Part shown: positions 1 through 8,858 of the stretch, in pieces
How the letters are laid out: the number at the start of each line of letters is the position of its first letter
How positions within the stretch are numbered: position 1 is the first letter of the stretch
Assembly (NCBI GenBank): GCA_965197745.1
Contig: CBDANS010000004.1
Location: 128,001-192,000 of the forward strand
Reading direction: 5' to 3'
Length of the DNA stretch: 64,000 nt
Origin: Opitutales bacterium
Lineage (GTDB): Bacteria > Verrucomicrobiota > Verrucomicrobiia > Opitutales > PNEW01
Notes under the pieces: generated by a model
Seen by the model: the letters and a program-made list of their open reading frames with translations, nothing else
Told to the model about the DNA's origin: nothing
Databases searched by the model: none
Made by a program: the position numbers and the translations under genes

Positions 1-421
1 CCTTTTCACTGAGCATACGATTCAGTGTTGCGAAATTTGAGTTTGAACGGGCATCAAGCGAACCGAATACAATAGCATCAGCTTTTTGGACAATCTCGAG
101 CAGTGCATCGCTTAAGACGATTCGATCCCAGGCTACGTCTTCGTGAATAGTATAACAGGCATTGCCCTTATTATCGAGAATGACCTTAACGGTGCCTGTT
201 GGTAAATCGTCATGTTGTTCCACGAATTGGGTGTTGACCCGGTTTATCTTCATCCTTTCGAGCGCTTCATCACCGAGGAAATCCTTTCCCACGGCCGAAG
301 CCATATATGCTTCGACTCCAAGTTTAGATAAATGAGAGGCGACATTGAGGGGGGCGCCCCCAAAATAAATACCTCGCGGGAGTACATCCCACAAGACTGC
401 TCCGAAAGACACAACTTTCAT
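1..421 (-). CDS. PfkB-family carbohydrate kinase (fructokinase-like), 3' end outside window
   Basis: Manual translation from ATG at 421: MKVVSFGAVLWDVLPRGIYFGGAPLNVASHLSKLG, the typical PfkB N-terminal GGAPxNVA motif. Confidence 0.85.
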   Translation of the reverse strand, partial: MKVVSFGAVLWDVLPRGIYFGGAPLNVASHLSKLGVEAYMASAVGKDFLGDEALERMKINRVNTQFVEQHDDLPTGTVKVILDNKGNACYTIHEDVAWDRIVLSDALLEIVQKADAIVFGSLDARSNSNFATLNRMLSEK

Positions 422-629
422 ATGTCCATAAAGGCATAGGGCTATTGATTAAATGCTTCAAGATTTTCCCAACGTTTATTTTTCAACGCATACCCGAGAA
501 TGCGCAGTTTATAAAAAAAGGGATTAGGATTTAGAAAAAGATTACGATTATAGGTATAAGGGTGAGAAGAAAAGAGCAATGGCAGATCCATGCTTGCTTC
601 AAATATGAAGGCATCTAAATTCGGTGTAT

Positions 630-2741
630 ATGGATCCTGAAGCAGCATTACGGAAGTACTTTGGATTCGATGCGTTCAGACCCGGCCAGGATGAAGTTAT
701 AGATGCGCTCATTGCCGGTGAGGATGTTCTTGTTGTTATGCCCACGGGTGGGGGCAAGTCACTCTGTTACCAACTGCCGGCCCTAATCAAGGACGGTGTC
801 GCCGTGGTGGTGTCACCTCTCATCGCCTTAATGAAAGACCAGGTTGATAGCCTGAACACCCAGGGGATCGCCGCTTCATTTATTAACAGCAGCATAACCC
901 CCAGTGAACAAGGGCGTGTTTTAGATGACGTGTCCGCGGGAAAAATCAAGCTCCTTTATATCGCGCCAGAAAGATTTCGCGACCTGCGTTTTACCCGCGC
1001 GATGGCTGGCATTAATATTTTATTTTTTGCCATTGATGAAGCGCATTGTGTGTCGATGTGGGGGCATGATTTTCGACCTGACTATCTACGGGTGGGCGAG
1101 GCGGTAAAGCGCCTGGGTAGACCGCCTGTCGCAGCTTTTACGGCCACCGCCACGCCGGAAGTGCGTGCCGATATTCTCACCGCGCTCCACTTGAAGGAAC
1201 CGCGGCAGTTTATCACCGGTTTCGAAAGGCCCAACCTTGAGTTTCGCGTTACCGAAGCGAGTAAAAACGCCGATAAGTATGCTCATCTCAGTGGCCTTAT
1301 TGATAAATATAAAACGGGCATTATATACTGCGCGACCCGAAAACGGGTCGAAGAGGTAACGGTGCAACTCAAGTCCTGGGATATTGCTCACACTTCCTAC
1401 CACGGTGGAATGGATGATAGTGCGCGCACTTCGGCGCAGGAGGCATTTTTAAACAAGAGCACAGACATCGTTGTCGCCACTAACGCTTTTGGCATGGGCA
1501 TTGACCGGGCCGACCTTCGATTCGTCGCTCATTTTGAAATGCCTGGTAGCGTGGAAGCGTATTACCAGGAGGCGGGACGTGCCGGACGTGATGGATTACC
1601 GGCAGTGTGTGATTTGTTCTTCCGTCACAATGATCGACGTATCCAGGAGTTTTTTATCGATGGGAACAATCCGGGGAAGGCATTTATTGTCGATCTCTAT
1701 GCCACATTGCGTCAACTGGCTGATGAAAGCAGTGAAGTGATTATTTCTATTAACGAATTGTCCGAAAAAATGGGGTGTTCCAACTCTATGGCCGTTGGGA
1801 CCTCGCTAGTCCATTTATGGCGTCATGGCACTATCGAGCGTTTCGATATACCGGGTCAGCGCATTCGTGGAACCCGCTTGCTGAACCCTGAAATAAAGCC
1901 CCATGATCTGGAGATCGATGCTGAAGCCCTCGCGGATAAAGAACAGTGCGATCGCGCAAAATTGGAAGCGATGCTGGAATACGCCCAGGCCCTTGAATGC
2001 CGGCAGATGTGGATTTTAAATTATTTTGGAGAGCACAATGCCCTGCCTTGCGGGCGTTGTGATCGCTGTCAGTTAATTGCTCCTGAAGGTATTCGCGATC
2101 CAAGCGATGAGGAATCAGTTATTTTGCAAAAAACTTTAAGCGGGGTCGCCCGCATGTCATACCGCACGCGAAGCGGGGAATGGCGGCCGCGCTTTGGCAA
2201 AACACGCATCATTGAAATGTTAATTGGAAGCCGACGGTCTGAAGTCTTACAAAACGATCTCGACCAATTATCAACCTATGGATTGTTCCAGGAACAGGGA
2301 GCTGAATATTTAAGGAGTCTGTTTGACGATATGTTTCGCGCGGGGTTATTAAGGCGAACCGGTGGGCGATATCCCTTAATTACGCTAACGCCCTTGGGTG
2401 ACGCGGTGATGAAAGGGGAAGAGAGTGTAAAGCTTGCCTGGCCGAATGTGCTGAAAGCCAATCCATCGTACCGCAAGCATGATGATCTCCCCCCTCAGCT
2501 TGAAGGTGATTTCGACCCTAATCTATTTGAAGCATTGAAGAAAAAACGGCTAGCGCTTGCTCTGCCGCGTAAACTACCTCCCCATTATATTTTTACCACG
2601 CGTACTTTAAAGGAGATGGCCACAGCAAAACCCTTAAGCATTGAGGAGGCACAACACCTTCACGGTATTGGTAAGATCAACGGCCGGAAATGGCTGCCAG
2701 AATTTATACCGCTCATTGCCAGGAATTTGGCGGATAAATAA
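630..2741 (+). CDS. recQ: ATP-dependent DNA helicase RecQ family
   Basis: MPTGGGKSLCYQ, DEAHCVSMWGHDFRP, YYQEAGRAGRDG, Zn-binding CGRCDRC, RQC and C-terminal HRDC-like region; ORF track starts at GTG 624. Confidence 0.93.
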   Translation: MDPEAALRKYFGFDAFRPGQDEVIDALIAGEDVLVVMPTGGGKSLCYQLPALIKDGVAVVVSPLIALMKDQVDSLNTQGIAASFINSSITPSEQGRVLDDVSAGKIKLLYIAPERFRDLRFTRAMAGINILFFAIDEAHCVSMWGHDFRPDYLRVGEAVKRLGRPPVAAFTATATPEVRADILTALHLKEPRQFITGFERPNLEFRVTEASKNADKYAHLSGLIDKYKTGIIYCATRKRVEEVTVQLKSWDIAHTSYHGGMDDSARTSAQEAFLNKSTDIVVATNAFGMGIDRADLRFVAHFEMPGSVEAYYQEAGRAGRDGLPAVCDLFFRHNDRRIQEFFIDGNNPGKAFIVDLYATLRQLADESSEVIISINELSEKMGCSNSMAVGTSLVHLWRHGTIERFDIPGQRIRGTRLLNPEIKPHDLEIDAEALADKEQCDRAKLEAMLEYAQALECRQMWILNYFGEHNALPCGRCDRCQLIAPEGIRDPSDEESVILQKTLSGVARMSYRTRSGEWRPRFGKTRIIEMLIGSRRSEVLQNDLDQLSTYGLFQEQGAEYLRSLFDDMFRAGLLRRTGGRYPLITLTPLGDAVMKGEESVKLAWPNVLKANPSYRKHDDLPPQLEGDFDPNLFEALKKKRLALALPRKLPPHYIFTTRTLKEMATAKPLSIEEAQHLHGIGKINGRKWLPEFIPLIARNLADK

Positions 2742-2876
2742 ACTGAATAGCTTTTTTGCGTAATAGCTTATCCGGCATAGAAGTATTTTTTATGACGAGA
2801 GGTTTCCCATTGTATTGCTTGCATTCAAGTGCATTTCTCTGAATATGATTAACTCTTGAAACATAAAAAGTAGAAG

Positions 2877-3749
2877 ATGCGTACAACCGTAACAGGAAAC
2901 TTTAATATTGGATTTTGCCGCTTAAACAGCCCCTGGCAAAAAAATTTAGACGAGCTTATAACCTGGGCTCAGGAGGTTGGATTCGGGGCTGTTGATCTGG
3001 GCAGAGACGGAGATGAAATTGCGGAGAGCGTGATCAAGGCAGGGCTTAAAGTGGGAACCGTCACCCTTCCGGAATGGCAGGGCATGCTCTCATCTGAAAG
3101 TAAAGAAAGAGATAAAGCGGTTGCTCTCAACAATGCATACATTGAAACCTGCTGCGCTCACGGAGTGAAAAACTTTTTCGTTGTTATGCTCCCCTCAGAT
3201 CCGAATAAAGAGCGTAAGGATAATTTTAGTTATATGGTTGATAGCTTTTCCCAGTTGGTGCCGGTATTAGAAAAATCTGACGGCCGTATTGTGATTGAAG
3301 GTTGGCCGGGGCCGGGTGCTCTTTGCACTACTCCCGAAACTTACCGTGCTTTTTTCAATGAAATTCCCTCTCCTACCATGGGTGTCAATTATGATCCCTC
3401 GCATCTTTTGCGAATGGGTATTGATCCCATGAGGTTTCTCCATGAATTCATCGAACGGGTATACCATCTTCACGGAAAGGATACGGAATTAATGGCAGAA
3501 AGATTATATGAATATGGCCACGAACAGGATTCTGCTTTTACCGATAAGATCCCTTTTGGAAATCAAGCCTGGCGCTACACCATACCGGGTCATGGGGTGA
3601 TGCGCTGGAGTGAAGCTTTTGAATTCCTCGAAGAGAGTGGTTATCAAGGGTGTGTTTCGGTGGAACTGGAGGATGCCAATTTTAACGGGAGCGAAGATGG
3701 CGAAAAGTTTGGATTGCTTAAATCTCTACAGTTTCTCGAGGGTTGTTAA
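2877..3749 (+). CDS. Sugar phosphate isomerase/epimerase (xylose isomerase-like TIM barrel)
   Basis: IVIEGW, NYDPSH, HLHGKD and SVELE metal-ligand pattern. Confidence 0.85.
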   Translation: MRTTVTGNFNIGFCRLNSPWQKNLDELITWAQEVGFGAVDLGRDGDEIAESVIKAGLKVGTVTLPEWQGMLSSESKERDKAVALNNAYIETCCAHGVKNFFVVMLPSDPNKERKDNFSYMVDSFSQLVPVLEKSDGRIVIEGWPGPGALCTTPETYRAFFNEIPSPTMGVNYDPSHLLRMGIDPMRFLHEFIERVYHLHGKDTELMAERLYEYGHEQDSAFTDKIPFGNQAWRYTIPGHGVMRWSEAFEFLEESGYQGCVSVELEDANFNGSEDGEKFGLLKSLQFLEGC

Positions 3750-3758
3750 CGGGCGAAT

Positions 3759-4526
3759 ATGCCAGATGTCACGATGGATAAGAATGTCTACGAAAGTGAA
3801 CAACAATTAAACGAGTATTTACTTTTCCACTATGGCAATCCTTCTGAAATATTACCTTATGATTTCGGGCCGATTGAAGCCTTGAATTTTCCCTCCCGTT
3901 GTGTAAACGAATGCGTCGATTTTGAGAATTTATCGCCACAGGCACGAGCCTTAGACCTGGGATGCGCGGTAGGTCGCGCCAGTTTTGAATTGGCCAATCA
4001 TTGCGTGGAAGTTCTCGGGTTCGATTACTCGGAAAGTTTTATCCGTGCCGCGAATTTCTTAAAGAAAGAAGGAAGTTTACCTTACACTATAAAATTAACC
4101 GGCAATATCACTGGGCCTGCCAGCGCTGAAATATCATCGCATATAAACCGGGAGCGTGTTGTCTTTGAGGTTGCTGATGCCCACGCGCTACCGCCTGATC
4201 TCAGTGACTTTGACGTCGTTCTTGCCGCGAACCTTCTCTGCCGCATGAACAATCCAAGGAAGTTGCTTTTACGCCTTCCTCAACTCGTTAAAAAAGGTGG
4301 ACAACTTATTATAACAACCCCTCACACATGGTTGGATACCTTTACACCCCGTGAAAACTGGTTAGGCGCTACACCGGAGTCAGGTCAACCGCTTGATGCG
4401 ATTAAACAATTACTGTCACCGGCCTTTAATCTCACCACCTGTAAGGATATGCCATTTTTAATCCGTGAACATGCCAGAAAATACCAGTGGAGCGTAGCTC
4501 AAGCATCAATGTGGCACCGGCTTTAA
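3759..4526 (+). CDS. Putative 4-mercaptohistidine N1-methyltransferase (stand-alone OvoA C-terminal-like SAM methyltransferase)
   Basis: NVYESEQQLNEYLLFHYG, ALDLGCAVGRASFELA, ANLLCR, PFLIREHARKYQW resemble the OvoA MT domain. Confidence 0.8.
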   Translation: MPDVTMDKNVYESEQQLNEYLLFHYGNPSEILPYDFGPIEALNFPSRCVNECVDFENLSPQARALDLGCAVGRASFELANHCVEVLGFDYSESFIRAANFLKKEGSLPYTIKLTGNITGPASAEISSHINRERVVFEVADAHALPPDLSDFDVVLAANLLCRMNNPRKLLLRLPQLVKKGGQLIITTPHTWLDTFTPRENWLGATPESGQPLDAIKQLLSPAFNLTTCKDMPFLIREHARKYQWSVAQASMWHRL

Positions 4527-4591
4527 TGATCCTGTTATTACTCAATCATCGCGTCCATCGTTAAGCCCATTTTCAATATCTCACTATAGAG

Positions 4592-4633
4592 AAAAAAAAA
4601 GCCACCTTCCAAGGGGGAGGGGGAAGGTGGCTT
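4592..4633 (-). terminator. Rho-independent terminator
   Basis: Stem aagccaccttcc/ggaaggtggctt with 11-nt loop, followed by T9 on the minus strand. Confidence 0.8.
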
Positions 4634-4835
4634 AGGGAGTAAGGTCAGCCGTTCTCTAAACTAACCTAACTTTAACTGTCGCTTTATTATCACTTGGGCA
4701 TGAGCCCATTTGGCTTTTTATAGCAGCCAAAATCCTATGCTTTGGGTTAATATTAAAAATTCAGTGAACACGCTATTTTCTATCACACTGACAGGGTGTC
4801 TGCTTATCACGGTTCATAACAGGTATCGCTAAAAG

Positions 4836-5456
4836 TTAGAATGATATGCCCGGTGAATTATTCCCTGAATCAACGATAATTTTACGCAATGCCGGTAATA
4901 AATTGATAATGATCGCCGGGTCATTTCGAATTTTAGCTTGTAAAATAAGGCCGCAAAAATAACTGAATACAGCATCGACAATATCATTGAGATTACCGCT
5001 CAATTCACCGGTTTCTCTGGCCTCATTTATAGCGAATGCTATATATACTTTATAGCGATCGAATATCTCCTCTATTTTTATTCGTACCGATTCGTCCTGC
5101 GCACTTAATTCGATGCCAAGATTGCAGAATGGACAGCCAGGAACGCGTCCTATTTCCTTTTGTTTCTGTTTCTGATAATCGTATTGATTGCGAAAAAGGT
5201 TTTCAATTCGGTCCAGGGGGGCGACTTCAGGATCAAAAGCGGGTTCAATTACCAGTACTTGCAACTCTTTCCACCAGGCATCAATTGCAGCATGAATAAT
5301 GGCCGATTTTGAGTTAAAGAAGTGGTAAATGCTCCCTTTATTCACTCCCGCTTCCAGACAGAGAGCATCGACACTAACCGAACCACAACTTTTATTCCAA
5401 AAGCTACTCTTAGCAGCTGCGATGATACGCTCTCTGGCGTTGCTTTTGCGTCCCAT
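4836..5456 (-). CDS. TetR/AcrR family transcriptional regulator
   Basis: N-terminal HTH AGVNKGSIYHFFNSK; GCPFCNLGIE C-terminal motif. Confidence 0.9.
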   Translation of the reverse strand: MGRKSNARERIIAAAKSSFWNKSCGSVSVDALCLEAGVNKGSIYHFFNSKSAIIHAAIDAWWKELQVLVIEPAFDPEVAPLDRIENLFRNQYDYQKQKQKEIGRVPGCPFCNLGIELSAQDESVRIKIEEIFDRYKVYIAFAINEARETGELSGNLNDIVDAVFSYFCGLILQAKIRNDPAIIINLLPALRKIIVDSGNNSPGISF

Positions 5457-5510
5457 TTACGATATACTTGACTAATAAGTATAGAAAATCGCAAATGATA
5501 GAGCAAGTAA

Positions 5511-6167
5511 TTAATAGGGAGCGTTAATATTCATCTTTCGGTGTGACAAAGGGACCCCCCTCGCGGGTTTTTTCCCGGGAATCGATTTTTTTTCTTTTTC
5601 ATACGAACTTTCAATGGGGGGACGTTTTTGAATTTGATTTTCCCGAGCCCGGTGAATAATTTCACGATGGTATCGGTGTCGTTCCTGAGGGGACATATGC
5701 TGCATTTTTCTTCGTTCGTTAATACGCTCTTCGTGTGTCATTCCAAGCCAGTGGTGGCGCATAAGCTCACGATCTTCTAAGGACATACTATCAAAGCGTC
5801 TGCGCATATCCTCTTGTTGTCTAGGGTGGAGTTTCTTGAAAGCTTGTATTTGATTGCGTAAAGCTTCCCTTTCTTCCAGTGGCATATTTTCAATCTTCTC
5901 AATGGTCAGCCGGATTTGCCGTAATTTATCAGGGGGTAATCTAAGGAAACGATCGAGCATAGTCATTTCATTGATTTTTCTCTGACGCTCTTGAGGTGAA
6001 AGATCGCGGAAATTGTTAGCATATGTGGGTGAGGAATCAGGAGACAACTTGCTTACAGATTTTTCATCCTGTTGATCATTGGCGATGATAAAAGGGGTGT
6101 TAAAAAGCATTAATCCGACAAGGATAAACCCTCTTCTCATCAGTGTACTTAATCGGTTATTATTCAT
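5511..6167 (-). CDS. Exported helical-repeat protein (DUF3106-like), third gene of the ECF operon
   Basis: Signal peptide; repeated F..LSPQER / LPPDK / MSLEDR units; follows sigma and anti-sigma genes. Confidence 0.6.
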   Translation of the reverse strand: MNNNRLSTLMRRGFILVGLMLFNTPFIIANDQQDEKSVSKLSPDSSPTYANNFRDLSPQERQRKINEMTMLDRFLRLPPDKLRQIRLTIEKIENMPLEEREALRNQIQAFKKLHPRQQEDMRRRFDSMSLEDRELMRHHWLGMTHEERINERRKMQHMSPQERHRYHREIIHRARENQIQKRPPIESSYEKEKKSIPGKKPARGVPLSHRKMNINAPY

Positions 6168-6200
6168 TGCCTGGCAGAATAGATAGAAAACAGGGTTCAG

Positions 6201-6704
6201 TTACTGGATGAAGATTTCCAGGGTTTCGAAGGTATTATTATCGAGGAGAAAGTTTACATCGCTGAGAGACTCGGCAAGGACAAACAATTCGTTCATGGTG
6301 GGCTCATCCCTATCATCTATGACGAACTGCGAAGGGAGTAATACTTTTGTAGCATCCACCTGGCTGCCAATATCACCATCGGTCTGCTTAGAATTAACGA
6401 AATACAGGGTTAAGAAAGTAACAACGATAACTGCCGCAGCCGCTATACTTTGCAATGCGCTCAAGAAACGGGTCTTTTTTACGCTGCGAACTTTATTGAG
6501 CGTATCATCGATAAATTCGCTTGAGGTTGAAATGGGGTGGTCTGCCAGCAACTGGTCGAGCTTGTCATCATTTTCGATGAGCCCAATCTCATCCTTGAGG
6601 CGCTTCAACGTTCTCTCCACGAAATCGGGCGTAGCCTCAACTGACCGGGCAGCGAGCAATGCATCGATTTTATTGTCGTTGTAATCTGTATTCTGGTCAC
6701 TCAC
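6201..6704 (-). CDS. Putative membrane-bound anti-sigma factor
   Basis: Single TM segment (IAAAAVIVVTFLTLYFV); start overlaps the sigma stop codon; duplicated N-terminal D.LLA..FV/I..TL unit. Confidence 0.6.
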   Translation of the reverse strand: MSDQNTDYNDNKIDALLAARSVEATPDFVERTLKRLKDEIGLIENDDKLDQLLADHPISTSSEFIDDTLNKVRSVKKTRFLSALQSIAAAAVIVVTFLTLYFVNSKQTDGDIGSQVDATKVLLPSQFVIDDRDEPTMNELFVLAESLSDVNFLLDNNTFETLEIFIQ

Positions 6705-7240
6705 AGGAGATCCTTTAATTCATTTTTAAGGTACTGACGTGCGCGAAAGACCCAGGATTTTACCGCACTTACGGTTGCCTCCATAATTTCCGCAATTTCC
6801 AGATAACTTAATTCCTGTTGTTTCAGTAAAAGTATGGCTGTCCTTTGATTTTCCGGTAAGCCATATAAGGCAAGGGTGAAGGCTTCTTCAATTTCCATTA
6901 TATTGAGATTGTCTCGGCCCGAATCGATTGCCGTTAGTTCAGCGGGGTCAACCGTTTCGAGGGGTTTACGCTTCATGCGGCGGTATTCATTGATGAGCAG
7001 TCGTCTCGCGATATGGAATAGAAAAGTAGAAAATTTGGCTCTGGGTTGGTAGTTGGGGGCCGCTCGATAGAGGCGAATGAAAACCTGTTGAGCGAGGTCT
7101 TCTGACTGCTCAACCGATCCCAGCGAGCGGTAGAAAAAATTAATCAATGGGTTTTTCCATTTTTTAATGAGAATCGCTAATGAAGCTTCATTCCCGACCC
7201 CTATTTGCTGCATTAGAGCGATATCGGTATCAGCTCCCGT
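6701..7240 (-). CDS. ECF sigma-70 factor, 3' portion (5' end separated by the island; internal ATG at 7213)
   Basis: EDLAQQVFIRLY, FSTFLFHIARR, LSYLEIAEIM..VKSWVFRAR; frame stays open upstream as TGADTDIAL with no start codon and meets TAG at 7243-7241. Confidence 0.9.
   Translation of the reverse strand, partial: TGADTDIALMQQIGVGNEASLAILIKKWKNPLINFFYRSLGSVEQSEDLAQQVFIRLYRAAPNYQPRAKFSTFLFHIARRLLINEYRRMKRKPLETVDPAELTAIDSGRDNLNIMEIEEAFTLALYGLPENQRTAILLLKQQELSYLEIAEIMEATVSAVKSWVFRARQYLKNELKDLL
7224..7240. repeat. Left attachment site of island (attL-like)
   Basis: tcggtatcagctcccgt matches tcgatatcagcttccgt at 37882-37898 (15/17, core TATCAGCT); adjacent to the integrase. Confidence 0.75.
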
Positions 7241-7285
7241 CTATTATAATATATACCAATGGTTTATAATATTCCTTCCCAATTA

Positions 7286-7315
7286 TTGACAAAATTGCTT
7301 GCAAGTAAGCATGAT
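7286..7315 (+). promoter_or_regulatory. Putative sigma70 promoter of the integrase
   Basis: TTGACA-18 nt-CATGAT upstream of ATG 7332. Confidence 0.4.
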
Positions 7316-8588
7316 TGAGGCATTAGTGTACATGATGCAGGCAACTGAAGGAAAACATAAAAAATTTAGTCCCCTTAATTCCTGGGAACACCCCAAAAAA
7401 AGTTCTATCAAAGTAAGGGAAGTCATCAACCGTAACGCCGGTGACGATTACGGATTTTCCTACCAGGTCTTCATTCCCTCGAAGTTAGCCGGCAAGCGAA
7501 TCAGAAAACAGTTCAAGCATAAAGATGCCGCTTTTGCATGGGCAAAAGAACAACACGAACAATTGCTCCAATACGGGCAGCATCATTATAACCTGGACTA
7601 TAACCAATTAAGGGATGCATTCAATGCGCTCGAAAAACTTGAAGGTTTCGACATTACCCTCTCAGAGGCAGCGGAGTTTGCAAAGATCCATTTGCATCCC
7701 CTTGCCGGTGATATCTCAGTGTTGGAATTGACGGCAATAATGATTGAAGAAAAGGAGAAACAGAACCTGCGCGCCCGTTCCATTAATGATATCCGCTCAC
7801 GGATGGGAATCTTTTCAAGAAGCTTTGGGAGACGACTGGTCAAAGAGATTTCACAGTCGGAAATAGAGGAGTGGCTCAATACCCTCAGTGCCCTCTCGAT
7901 GAGGAGTATTATAAACTACCGCTTGTGCTTAAGCTCCTTTTTTAACTATGCCGTCACCCAGGGCTACCGGATCGATAATCCCGTGACGAGAATCCCTATG
8001 CCTAAAATAGACTGGAAGCCCCCTGTCATTCTCAAAGTCACTCAAGCGGAAGACTTGGTATTGCATGCGGCAAAGACCGATGAAGAAAAGGGGCTTTTGC
8101 CTGTGGTCGCATTAGGACTGTTCGCAGGTTTAAGGAGCACTGAAATCTCGCGGCTTGACTGGTCGGCGATCGACCTGGAGCGCAAGTTACTGACGGTTGG
8201 GCCACAGATAGCTAAGAAGCGCCAGTTAAGGGTGGTTGATCTAATGGACAATTGTGTGGCGTGGCTGCAGAGGTGTGATCAAAAGACAGGGCGTATATCA
8301 CCAACCAATTATTTTAAAAGCTTTGCAGAACTTACCAGACAAGCGGGCCTCGCCAAGTGGGGGGAAAAATACAGTAATGCGATGCGCCACAGCTTCGGCA
8401 GCTACTATTATGCGCTGACAAGTGATGCGGGTAAAACAGCAGCGATGCTGGGCCATAAATCGAACGACCAGGTGCTATTTGATCACTACCGAAGCCTGGT
8501 GGGCAGATCGGAGGGGGAAAAGTATTTCTCAATCCTACCGGCAGATAAAGAGCAAACGGTTGTCGCATTTAAACCTTTAGATAAGTAG
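7299..8588 (+). CDS. Site-specific tyrosine recombinase/integrase
   Basis: GLRSTEI (R), AKK (K), NAMRHSF, MLGH, HY (Tyr); N-terminal arm-binding-like and core-binding regions; likely start is ATG 7332. Confidence 0.92.
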   Translation: MQVSMIEALVYMMQATEGKHKKFSPLNSWEHPKKSSIKVREVINRNAGDDYGFSYQVFIPSKLAGKRIRKQFKHKDAAFAWAKEQHEQLLQYGQHHYNLDYNQLRDAFNALEKLEGFDITLSEAAEFAKIHLHPLAGDISVLELTAIMIEEKEKQNLRARSINDIRSRMGIFSRSFGRRLVKEISQSEIEEWLNTLSALSMRSIINYRLCLSSFFNYAVTQGYRIDNPVTRIPMPKIDWKPPVILKVTQAEDLVLHAAKTDEEKGLLPVVALGLFAGLRSTEISRLDWSAIDLERKLLTVGPQIAKKRQLRVVDLMDNCVAWLQRCDQKTGRISPTNYFKSFAELTRQAGLAKWGEKYSNAMRHSFGSYYYALTSDAGKTAAMLGHKSNDQVLFDHYRSLVGRSEGEKYFSILPADKEQTVVAFKPLDK

Positions 8589-8858
8589 CGCACGTGAGCT
8601 TATTAATCTACAATCCGTGCAAGTATAGAATAGCAGCGAGTGGGTTGAGCGGACTTTGGGTTGCACCGGTAGTGGGTCAGTTTGAAAAATATTGAGTTTG
8701 CACCGCGTCGATTTTCTGTCATAATCATTCGCTGTGAAAGAGAGAGAAGAACATTCCCGCGATGGCAAGCAGTTTGCCAAGTCTGTCGTGGAGTTGGATG
8801 CGGGCGAGCGAGAAATCAGTCTTAAGGTTACCCCAGTGCATAAGTTTGGGCAGAAGGG

